Of a DNA stretch of 64,000 bases, positions 1 through 13,242 are shown piece by piece (the stretch's first letter is position 1; each line of letters opens with the position of its first letter). Origin of the DNA: the human T2T-CHM13v2.0 reference genome, Homo sapiens; assembly GCF_009914755.1 (NCBI RefSeq), contig NC_060929.1; one strand, written 5' to 3'. Made by a program: the position numbers and the translations under genes. Below the pieces are notes generated by a model that saw only the letters and a list, made by a program, of their open reading frames with translations, had not been told where the DNA came from and did not search any database.

Positions 1-2629
<2,629 letters not shown>

Positions 2630-2677
2630 TTATTTTGCTCGTTAGTTGATGCAGTTTCTTCCTAGTCTTGATGGTCT

Positions 2678-3687
2678 TTACATTTTGGCATGATTTTGTG
2701 GCGGCTGGTACCGGTTGTTCCTTTCCATGTTTAGCGCTTCCTTCAGGAGCTCTTTTAGGGCAGGCCTGGTGGTGACAAAATCTCTGAGCATTTGCTTGCC
2801 TGTAAAGTATTTTATTTCTCCTTCACTTATGAAGCTTAGTTTGGCTGGATATGAAATTCTGGGCGTTGAAAATTCTTTTCTTTAAGAATGTTGAATATTG
2901 GCCGCCACTCTCTTCTGGCTTGTAGGGTTTCTGCCGAGAGATCAGCTGTTAGTCTGATGGGCTTCCCTTTGAGGGTAACCCGACCTTTCTCTCTGGCTGC
3001 CCTTAACATTTTTTCCTTCATTTCAACTTTGGTGAATCTGATAATTATGTGTCTTGGAGTTGCTCTTCTCGAGGAGTATCTTTGTGGCGTTCTCTGTATT
3101 TCCTGAATCTGAACGTTGGCCTGCCTTGCTAGATTGGGGAAGTTCTCCTGGATAATATCCTGCAGAGTGTTTTCCAACTTGGTTCCATTCTCCGCATCAC
3201 TTTCAGGTACACCAGTCAGACGTAGATTTGGTCTTTTCACATAGTCCCATATTTCTTGGAGGCTTTGCTCATTTCTTTTTATTCTTTTTTCTCTAAACTT
3301 CCCTTCTCGCTTCATTTCATTCATTTCATCTTCCATCGCTGATACCCTTTCTTCCAGTTGATCGCATCAGCTCCTGAGGCTTCTGCATTCTTCACGTAGT
3401 TCTCGAGCCTTGGTTTTCAGCTCCATCAGCTCCTTTAAGCACTTCTCTGTATTGGTTATTCTATACATTCTTCTACATTTTTTTCAAAGTTTTCAACTTC
3501 TTTGCCTTTGGTTTGAATGTCCTACCGTAGCTCAGAGTAATTTGATCGTCTGAAGCCTCCTTCTCTCAGCTCGTCAAAGTCATTCTCCATCCAGCTTCGT
3601 TCCGTTGCTGGTGAGGAACTGCGTTCCTTTGGAGGAGGAGAGGCGCTCTGCTTTTTAGAGTTTCCAGTTTTTCTGTTTTTTCCCCAT
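2678..3687 (-). pseudogene. L1 ORF1 (p40 RNA chaperone), frameshifted
   Basis: ATGGGGAAAAAACAGAAAAACTGGAAACTCTAA shows a ~5-bp deletion relative to consensus, giving an early stop. Internal fragment 2836-3336 (EQSLQEIWDYVKRPNLR) is recognisable ORF1, with a second frameshift near 2865. Ends ...AKM-TAA at 2678. Confidence 0.9.
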
Positions 3688-3949
3688 CTTTGTGGTTTTC
3701 TCTACTTTTGGTCTTTGATGATGGTGATGTACAGATGGGTTTTTGGTGTGGATGTCCTTTCTGTTTGTTAGTTTTCCTTCTAACAGACAGGACCCTCAGC
3801 TGCAGTTCTGTTGGAATACCCTGCAGTGTGAGGTGTCAGTGTGCCCCTGCTGGGTGGTGCCTCCCAGTTAGGCTGCTCAGGGGTCAGGGGTCAGGGACCA
3901 ACTTGAGGAGGCAGTCTGCCCGTTCTCAGATCTCCAGCTGCGTGCTGGG

Positions 3950-4587
3950 AGAACCACTGCTCTCTTCAAAGCTGTCAGACAGGGACATTTAAGTCTGCAG
4001 AGGTTACTGCTGTCTTTTTGTTTGTCTGTGCCCTGCCCCCAGAGGTGGAGCCTACAGAGGCAGGCAGGCCTCCTTGAGCTGTGGTGGGCTCCACCCAGTT
4101 CGAGCTTCCCAGCTGCTTTGTTTACCTAAGCAAGCCTGGGCAATGGCGGGCGCCCCTCCCCCAGCCTCGCTGCTGCCTTGCAGTTTGATCTCAGACTGCT
4201 GTGCTAGCAATCAGCGAGATTCCGTGGGCGTAGGACCCTCTGAGCCAGGTGTGGGATATACTCTCGTGGTGCGCCGTTTTTTAAGCCGGTCGGAAAAGCG
4301 CAGTATTCGGGTGGGAGTGACCCGATTTTCCAGGTGCGTCCGTCACCCCTTTCTTTGACTTGGAAAGGGAACTCCCTGACCCCTTGCGCTTCCCAAGTGA
4401 GGCAATGCCTCGCCCTGCTTCGGCTCGTGCACGGTGCGCGCACCCACTGACCTGCGCCCACTGTCTGGCACTCCCTAGTGAGATGAACCCGGTACCTCAG
4501 ATGGAAATGCAGAAATCACCCGTCTTCTGCGTCGCTCATGCTGGGAGCTGTAGACCGGAGCTGTTCCTATTCGGCCATCTTGGCTCC
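3950..4587. promoter_or_regulatory. L1 5'UTR CpG-rich sense promoter (minus) and antisense promoter (plus, toward VCAN)
   Basis: CpG-rich L1 5'UTR with YY1 motif at 4573-4582. Antisense promoter position (~nt 400-600 of the 5'UTR) is taken from established L1 biology. Confidence 0.7.
4143..4358 (+). CDS. L1 ORF0 (71 aa, antisense ORF of the primate L1 5'UTR), intact
   Basis: MAGAPPPASLLPCSLISDCCASNQRDSVGVGPSEPGVGYTLVVRRFLSRSEKRSIRVGVTRFSRCVRHPFL*, 216 nt, matching the known ORF0 length and sequence. Context GCAATGG. Confidence 0.85.
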   Translation: MAGAPPPASLLPCSLISDCCASNQRDSVGVGPSEPGVGYTLVVRRFLSRSEKRSIRVGVTRFSRCVRHPFL

Positions 4588-5559
4588 GAAATTCCCAGGT
4601 TTTAATTATTAAAACTCCTTGAGTGGGATCTACAAAATAACCTGGTTTTGAGCAACCTAATTTTTTACTCAGGTCTGCTCTTTCCTACTCCCTCTCCCAT
4701 GGTTTGCCAAACATCACCCATGCATCTGTTCCCAACATTGTCCTCTCCCCAGTTTTTCCATTTGCCATAGAAACTTTCAGTCTTGATTAGGTATCTCTGG
4801 GTCATCTTAGGAAACAATTTCCAATTATAATCAAATTTTTAGCTCATTCCTCAGGTTCATGCATTCTTGAAACCTCCTTCCTGACTTCTCCCCACCTGCT
4901 TCCAAAAATGCAACTGTCTATGCCACAGTGTATAGGTATTTTCTATTTCATTTACAGCCGAATGTGCCTATCCTTATGAACAGTGGCAAATTGGTCTTTT
5001 AGACCTGAGAATACGTTGTTTCAAGATATCAAATCACGTGAAGTCTATTGGTTAGGAATGTGCATGAGGACTACAGAATTAACAGTATTATTGCTTAAGA
5101 CACTCTCAGAAAAATGCAACCACAGTTACCACTTGGGTTCCTAGGGCTTTACCTCCCTCAGCTGCAAAGGGAAAAGAGACTTTCGTGGTCCCTGGAACAG
5201 GGGCTCAAGAGGAGCCTGGGCTGCTGGTGGCACATGGTAAGTACCAAGAAAGGGAGCTAGGTAGGGCTAGGGCATCCTGCCTGCCTTCTACACTTTGGTT
5301 TCAGTGTTCCTTGTTTCTTCAGAAATCCTGGTGTATTGGTCCCTTTCTTCTTCCTTGAACTTTCCCCGTCATTGCTTTTTCCCCTTCTTAAGCCACTGCA
5401 GAACACACTGTCTCTTGGGGATTCATAAGGGTGTTTACTGATAAGAAATAAAAAGAAGAAGAAAAGGAGACAGTGGATAAAGGGAACAAAATGAGTACCG
5501 TTTCTGCTCCCTTCCCATCCTTCTTGTCTTTTATCATTTAAACTTTTAAATGTTACAAT

Positions 5560-5790
5560 TGGCATCCCTTGGGTGGGAATCGGCCCACAGACTAGTTTTG
5601 TCTGGCCTGTTTAACATTTTAAAAGCTGGAAATACTGGGCCAACAGCCCCACATTACAATTGGCTGGAACTAAGCAGTAATGAGTCTTCTACTTGAAGAG
5701 ACTCCTCACTATTCTCTATTGTTTACTTCTCTACTTCACGCTTTTATGATATCCTCATGGCCTCAGTAAGTCATTTGAGTTTCCAGTGTT
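5560..5790. mobile_element. Degraded hAT-Charlie-type DNA transposon remnant (MER102/MER58-like)
   Basis: ATCGGCCCACAGACTAGTTTTGTCTGGCC...ACAATTGGCTGGAAC resembles recalled consensus; not aligned. Confidence 0.35.
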
Positions 5791-5888
5791 TCTCAAAGCA
5801 GAGAGTATGTTGTATTCCTGTTTTCATCTATACTCTGTAATGAAATTCTCAGGTGTAGAGCACTCTCAACTGATGTAGTCATTTTACA

Positions 5889-5890
<2 letters not shown>

Positions 5891-5970
<80 letters not shown>
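5891..5970. repeat. Compound microsatellite (TC)~20(TA)~19
   Basis: Directly visible perfect repeat. Confidence 0.98.
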
Positions 5971-5972
<2 letters not shown>

Positions 5973-6379
5973 GAAGTAAGAAAACTTTGGACTAGGGTAA
6001 TTTATAGCCCTTCTGGACCTTAACTACCATGAGTTGAAAGTTCATTTATGATTCCCAGAACAATAGTTTTCAGGCCTTATCTGGATAGTCCTTCCCAGGA
6101 ATTGAGATGAGAGGGAATCAAACTAGGTCTCTGGGAGGGAGAAGCACTGAGACTCAGGCTGGGGATTTAGCTGATGAGGCAGCCCTGGGTGTATGAAGGT
6201 AGCAGTAGGGATGATCCTGGTGGAGGAAAGGAGCTGAGAGAGGAAGGAGTTGATGGAAGAGTTCACATTAATCTCCAACATCGTAAGACTTGTCACCTTA
6301 TCCTGCTCCAACCAAGGTAGCAAAGCCTGCAACCCTAACCAGGCTTGGTAGTGATGAGAATATTGGGAGTTACAGCAGA

Positions 6380-6859
6380 TGTAAATGGTACCCCACCCAT
6401 AGCCCCTCGCCTGTGTCGTTTCTGGGCATGCTAGCCCAAGTTCTAATTGCAGCCCCTACCTACATCTTTTAGCTTATTGCTTTCAGTGGTTCCTTGTCCC
6501 TTGTGGAAATAAACCAGAGCCCAGTCTGCCTGTGCACAGGGCAGAAATGGGAGAGGATACACACCCACTGGAGAAGCCCTCCACCAGCAAGTGTATAAAT
6601 ACTTCAGCTCCCTCACCTCTCAGATGGGATGCTTCTGAGGTGCATGTCTGTTCTGTACTGTTCCTGAGCATTTCTAATGGGAATAAGCGCCACTTACTCA
6701 GTGCAACCTGCTAGAAATGCTCCTTTCCCCATCCTCCTTCCCTTCCCTGCCTCATTTCTCACTTCCCTATAGAGGGTTGTTGATCTCACCTCTTAAATAA
6801 ACTATTTGCATTTGAATCCTTGTCACAGGGTTTGCTGCTGTGGGAATCCAAACTAAGAT
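6380..6859 (+). mobile_element. Old ERVL-class solo LTR remnant (LTR16-like)
   Basis: 3' end AATAAACTATTTGCATTTGAATCCTTGTCACAGGGTTTGCTGCTGTGGGAATCCAAACTAAGATA resembles the LTR16 terminus. 5' boundary is approximate. Confidence 0.5.
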
Positions 6860-9800
6860 AGTTACCTTGTGAGATGATATGGGAGGGAGGAGGCAAGAAA
6901 AGACAGCTGCCACAAGAGAGAAGATAAAACAAAAAGTGGCCAAAGGAGTTGTGGAAATGGGGATAGGAAAGGCCATTACACATTCTCAAGTTCTTTTGTG
7001 AGGGAAGCCTATAGATTGGATATTATATTTTAAATCATATTATTTTAACTTTATGATAACTAAGAAGGAGAATTTTTAGCACATTGTTCTTTTCTCTTGT
7101 TTTCTAGTGACTCCATTTGATACTGGTGCCCAGTAGTCAGAGACCCTAGTACCCTTAGAGTATTCAATTTCCCTGAGCTTCTTTTCTTATTAGGATGACA
7201 ACCAATGCTTTTCTTTATCATTCTCCTTTTTTTCACATAGTACAAATGTTGGATTTATCACTTACAATGAACCCTGACAACATGTTGGGGTTTTAAAATA
7301 ACATGTTGTTATTTTACCAACTATATTGCATACACCAGTGATATAGTTGTATATAGTTGCTAAATATATGTACCAACAACATGTTATAAGAAAATAAGAA
7401 AGATGATTTTGTCACGTGCAATAAAGTTAATGCCTGGGATTCAGTGTTAATAGATTATGTGCATGAAAGAGATTTTCCAGTAAGGGAGATAGATTTACTG
7501 AACTATTATCCTTCCTTCATCCATTTGTAGTCAGTGGGATGTTTTTTAAAATGATGTCTAGCTGAACCAGCCAATGGAGACAAAAATATTTATATATAAT
7601 TTTCCTCTAAGTTCACTAGTCATTTTATAGATCAGTTATAACTTTGGCTACTCCAATGAGTTAATTTCTTTCTAGAGACATTATAAACTCCTTAAAGATG
7701 GAAAATAATTGTTACTTTTTTGAATAATGCCTACTATCTAAAACAATGCACATAAAAGCTGCTCAATAAACTTTTGTTGAATTGAGAGAAAATATAAAAA
7801 ATTGAAAGCAGTCTGTTTGTAATAAGTGTTTGCTAAGTCTTACAGATCTTCTCTTTTTTTTGGAATTATTGCAACAAATATTTGACCTTTGATTTGTAGG
7901 ATTAAAATGTGATTTCTCATATTTTAATAGGAGCAAGCATTAGTCCTGCAATTCTTTTTGTCAATAGAATAAAAATGGAATGTATGCTTGCTGCTTCTAC
8001 ATGCCGGTTGATACCCATGCTGAACACTTTTCTTACAACGCAGAGGTTTCCTTGTTTTCTGTCTTGCGTTCTACCTTTGCTCACCACAGAGACATTAATG
8101 ATGCCATGTGTCTTTTTGCACCATCAGTGCAGCAGCTTTCATTATGCTCCTTGTCTCGGTCCCACTGTAGTCTAATTAAATAAATGGAAACGGGTAGTCA
8201 CTGAAAATAAACAGCAACTGCAAAAGTTTTGCCTCTTAAGAAACCTTCTGCATTGTATTCCGCCCTGCCTCATTGATTCTAAGATCTCTACCGCTTCCTT
8301 GTGTTCAGAAACCAGACTCTTCAGTTTGTCTTGCTTCAGTCAGACAAATGCTTTATAAAAATGACCTATATTTTTCAGACTGTGGGGAGAGAAGAAAAAG
8401 ACTTTGAGAAAGTGACTAAGGAGGGAGTAAGAGTGATACAATCTTTGATTCAATTTAGTTGGACTGTGTTCTTTATGCCTTCATCTTTTTCTTTATAAAA
8501 AAGATAGCGTTTTTGATGCTCTGCTCCAGGCAGCCTCCCAGGGTGAGTGCAGATGTGCTGAGCCATTTGGCTGCCTTGAGGACCGGCTCAGAGAGCCTCT
8601 CTTCTCACTAATGAAGTCATCTCCTCTCGGCAGCCCGGCCTCTCCCATCACTCCATGTTGGAACTTGGCTTTGGCTTGCATAGTTCTGTCGTGATGTAGA
8701 TGGTCTTTCAGTTAAGTTCTAGAGAAATCTGCTCAACCATGAACAGGACATTTACAGCACAGGAGAAAAAAAAATTTATTAAAACAAATATTTTACTGTA
8801 ACATTTTGATTTGGGGGTTGGAGAGCAAAAACTCAATATCTGATGTCTGGGAAAAATCTAATGTTTTATGGCTTTCTAAGGAAATTTGTCTGTGTTTAAT
8901 TTATCAGAGCAATTTATATACTTCGGGTTAAAGCACAATGAGATTGCCACCATCACTTTGCCTTTTGCAAGATTTCTTTTTTAAGAATAAAAAGAAGGCA
9001 ATAAAGACCTTATATTTCTGCCTTTCCTAGAAAGCCAAAGAGAATTCAAAGTGCTGGATGAAATGTCTGTCCCTAATTTGCAGTGTTTTATTTAAAAAAA
9101 AAATTATGACACAATCTTAGAGGATAGGCTTCCTTTTTCCAGGGTCTTTGAAAGTTAAAAGTACATTTTTAATCTGTAGCATTACTGTATCATCCAGTGA
9201 GGATAATTTGCTTAGTTGTGCCTAGGACCAGTCAGATCAAGGAGTTGAAACTAAGCTCTTTCTGAATTTGAATGGGACTGGAATCTTGTCATCCCTAGAG
9301 CAGCAATAGATGATGCCATGTCTAAGAACACTTCACCTGATCAATAAAAAAGGAGAAGTCTGAAATGTAATCCTAAAGAACCTCAGAAGGAGGTTTAGAT
9401 GAAGATAATAAAATTCCCTGGAGACACATCTGCCATCTACACCTTTCCTCTCCAAGTCATTGGCTTGCTGCCCCTGAGCTCAGCCAAATTCCCAAAGACA
9501 AGATCAAAGCAAGGAAGCAAGGCACATAGCTTCTGGCTTATGGTTTCTTTTAGACACAAGCATTGTGAATGAAGATCTTGCTTTATTTATACCTGGGATC
9601 TTGGAGTTTTCACAAAGAATATCCCCAGTACAAGGATGTGATTTAAAGGGGGACTCACAGAATAATATTTTAATTACTGTTTGATTCATACTTGAGTGTA
9701 ATGGACAAATAAATACAATTTTAGTTATAAAACCTGAAAAATATATATTTTCCCATTCAAAAACTTCTGATAGTTTTGTCAGGCATTGGAGAATCAGAAA

Positions 9801-11970
9801 TAAATGCTCTCTCATTTTCTTTCTCTTGATGAAGGAAAGTCATTAAAAACAGTTACATAGAAATAATAATACAACTGTAGACTCTATTCTAAATATAGCT
9901 GGTATGTTTTCCTTTTTCTTTTTTATCCATTCTCCATTTTAGACAGCTAGAGGGGAAAGTCTGCCCTAGAGATAGAAAGAAGATATCCATGGGGTATAAT
10001 TTCATTTTAGTTATCTGATAGCCTGAAGAAGTATTTAATTTTCTGAATAATAATGTTACAAGTCAAAGAAGAGAAAAGACAGGCAGTTTAAAGCTTTTCA
10101 ACATTGTGCATATTCTAATTCCTTAAGTCAGCCCTGAGAAAGTGCCTTTGTCCTGTAGAAGTATTTGGTCAAGTGTTGTGAAGTCTATTGGCATTAAAAG
10201 AAACTAAAAATTTTGGAGGATTAGAGAATCAAATTTGGCAACATAAATGAAAACATCTCAGAATGTAAAAAGTATCTAACCCATCACTTTCAATCATGTT
10301 CCATTATATACAGATGGCATTATTTATAGTGAATGTTAACTATTAACATTTCCCTAAAAATGGGCATTAATCTGCTATTAGTTGCTTGTTTCTGATCTAG
10401 TTCTCCTTTGTTGAAAGGTTTTACTTAACTGTATCATAAAGGGACAAAAGGGTAAAAGATAATAAGCTTTTCAGACTGGCAGATCTGTCACTTACAAAAT
10501 GGCCTTGGGCAGGTTACTTGAACTCTTTGAAACTCAACTAGATTTACTCAAATTTAAGAATGAGAATACAAATCCACATCTTGAAGTGTTTCACAGAAAG
10601 GTCTATCTTAATGTCTGGAGTATATATTTCAATGAACATTCATTTTATTTTATTTCTCTCCATTCCTGAATCAAGCAATCTTGAATCTAAAGTTGCTATG
10701 ATTAGCACTGAAAAGACCACTGGACTATTAATTGTGTGACTTTGGGACAGTAACTTTCTGCACCTTAGTTTGTTTACATGTTATACATGAAGGTTGAAGT
10801 CTGATTCTGCTCTGTGACTATCATTCTAAACATCTGATGAAATCAAATTTCAGTGTTTGGAATGGTAGTACAATAAATTTACTAAGAATAAATAATTCAC
10901 TGCAAAAACACATTGATTTCCAAATGATGTAACTGACAGTTATATTACTGCAGAGGGCTGATAAATAACAAAAGAAATGAAAGATGCACATGGTGAGAAC
11001 TGAAATTATCCTGACAAGTCTTCTACCTGTTTATCACTTAAAATCAATGACCATGCTGAATGCCTACAAATTACAAAATATAAAAGAAATCTTATAAATG
11101 CGCATGTACAGGAGTCTAAGTTACTAAAAGTTTTAAAGCATAAGTTTAAACCAAACTAATCAAAGAAGTTGAGAGGAAAAATTGGCTTTCATCTTTAATC
11201 ACTACTGTTTTGAGGTCCTATGTTTAATATAATTTTCTAAGTAGAGGCTTCAGAGAGAAGAGTTGTGAGGATACTTTCATATTTGTGTAGAAGGAAAAGT
11301 TTGCCATCCATTCTAGTATCCCTAGTGTTATACTGATGTGCACCTTGGATTTATTTTGTTCCTATTGTATAAACTCATACTTGACTTCAAAGAAAAGGAA
11401 AATCCAAAGTCCCTCTTTTCTAAGGGGACAGAAATCCTTTGTGTCAACTGTTTGACCCTTTTCTCTGTAAGGTCCTATTGGAAATCTTTTGTAACACAAT
11501 GCAGGGGACTCTTCCATGTGTTGATGCTGTTTACACAGTGGGGTGGGCCTGACTGAAGAAAAAAAATCGCATATACGCATGAAAGATTATGGTCTTATTT
11601 CCGGAAAGCATGAAAGGTGATTGATACTTCCAAGAAGTCCCTGTTACTCAGGAAAATTATCAAATATTCTACTCAGAGATACTTGGAAAGACTGAAGGAA
11701 AGGAAGAACGAAGAAAGCAGAATCTAGACTTATGTGGGGAGAGATTTGTGGCAGAGGAAAAGTATTCTCTTTGAATCCGACAAGGGATTTGCCTGGGGGA
11801 ATTTCCTGTCCAGCCTTTTATTACCAGGGTCTTTTGAAGCCGGGCTCCCCATTGGGCAGTTCCCTGGGAGTGCAGTGGGGAATTCTTACACTTTCCCTCT
11901 AGGTCCCCGAAGGATCTCGTTTTCTCAGTGTCTCTTTCAGGTTGGCAGGAGCCTTGAGCCTGACACTTCC

Positions 11971-12030
11971 CTTTGATGGGACAGGCAAGCTCTGTGGGCG
12001 CGTAAACACGCTGTAACCAAGTTCTTTGCT
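11971..12030 (+). promoter_or_regulatory. Two TCF/LEF (Wnt/beta-catenin) sites in the VCAN promoter
   Basis: CTTTGAT at 11971-11977 and CTTTGCT at 12024-12030, about 550 and 495 bp upstream of the TSS. Consistent with the known beta-catenin/TCF regulation of VCAN. Confidence 0.75.
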
Positions 12031-12493
12031 GATTTTACAGTTTTGTGTGCTCCCGAGAAGAAGTGATCGTACTCAATTGTCTATTGCTGGCCTGCCCCCT
12101 AAGAGCCTGGGGGCTCCTTTCCCCTAACCCAGAACTAGCTGCACGGGGGGCGGGGAAGTGGGGGTGGGGAAGGAGTGGGAGGGCAGTGGTTTCCGCGAGC
12201 AGAGCGATGTTACTGAGTGAGTCCCTGAATGGGGAGCGCTGCTGTCCCCAAGCCGATTGGTACTTCTTGTCAGGAAGAAACGCCAAGAGGTGGGAGTGCC
12301 TGGGGAGGGAGGCAGGCGGTCCCTACCGCAGGCGCGGGGAGCTGCCTTTCCGCCCCTCCGCCTGCTTTCCAAGCCTGGACTCTTAGGAGTGGCTGAAGCT
12401 GCGGAGCGCTTTTGGAGCCTGTGAATGAACCCTCCTCCTCTCCCTCCTCCTTCTTCTCGCTGAGTCTCCTCCTCGGCTCTGACGGTACAGTGA

Positions 12494-12499
12494 TATAAT
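12494..12499 (+). promoter_or_regulatory. TATA box of VCAN
   Basis: TATAAT about 25 bp upstream of the presumed TSS (~12520). Confidence 0.7.
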
Positions 12500-12519
12500 G
12501 ATGATGGGTGTCACAACCC

Positions 12520-12799
12520 GCATTTGAACTTGCAGGCGAGCTGCCCCGAGCCTTTCTGGGGAAGAACTCCAGGCGTGCGGACGCAACAGCCGAGAACATT
12601 AGGTGTTGTGGACAGGAGCTGGGACCAAGATCTTCGGCCAGCCCCGCATCCTCCCGCATCTTCCAGCACCGTCCCGCACCCTCCGCATCCTTCCCCGGGC
12701 CACCACGCTTCCTATGTGACCCGCCTGGGCAACGCCGAACCCAGTCGCGCAGCGCTGCAGTGAATTTTCCCCCCAAACTGCAATAAGCCGCCTTCCAAG
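12520..12799 (+). other. VCAN: VCAN exon 1 (non-coding 5'UTR); TSS approximate
   Basis: Ends CCTTCCAAG|GTAATC donor. Joins exon 2 to give CCTTCCAAG-GCCAAGATG, as in versican cDNA. Confidence 0.85.
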
Positions 12800-13221
12800 G
12801 TAATCACGTTTCTTTTGTTCCCCCCTTAAAAAACAAAAACAAAAAACTTATAGAAAAAAACCCGCGAGCTTAGAAAAAAGAAGCAATTGGTAGAAGGCTT
12901 TAATTAAGGCAAAGAGCTGTAAGGCGAAGTTAAGAAAATGTAGGCACTTAAAAAATGCAGGTAACTTTCATAAAGGCTTTTGGGGAGAGGCATACAGAGG
13001 GACCTTGGTGTTGAAAAAGATTCAGACAAAAGAAACCCAGGGTGGGGTGGGGGTAAAATGACTAACGGAATTGGGGGAAGGGAGGGAATAAATTGTAAAG
13101 AAATCATAGAAAAGTGGTGGGTTCTTGAGCTGGAGAGAAGAGAGGGACCTTTGGCACTTTGATTTTTTTGTTGTTGTTGTTCTTAACACGCTCGAGGCAA
13201 AAGTTTGAATGGGGACTACCA

Positions 13222-13242
13222 AGACTTGCCACAGACAAGTCC
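13222..13242. promoter_or_regulatory. p53 response element in VCAN intron 1
   Basis: AGACTTGCCA c AGACAAGTCC: two RRRCWWGYYY half-sites (one mismatch) with a 1-bp spacer. VCAN is a reported direct p53 target via intron 1. Confidence 0.75.

Noticed and set aside
8493-8681. 62-aa minus-strand ORF in a locally GC-richer patch
   Set aside because: No recognisable homology, poly-A or TSD to support a gene or processed pseudogene.
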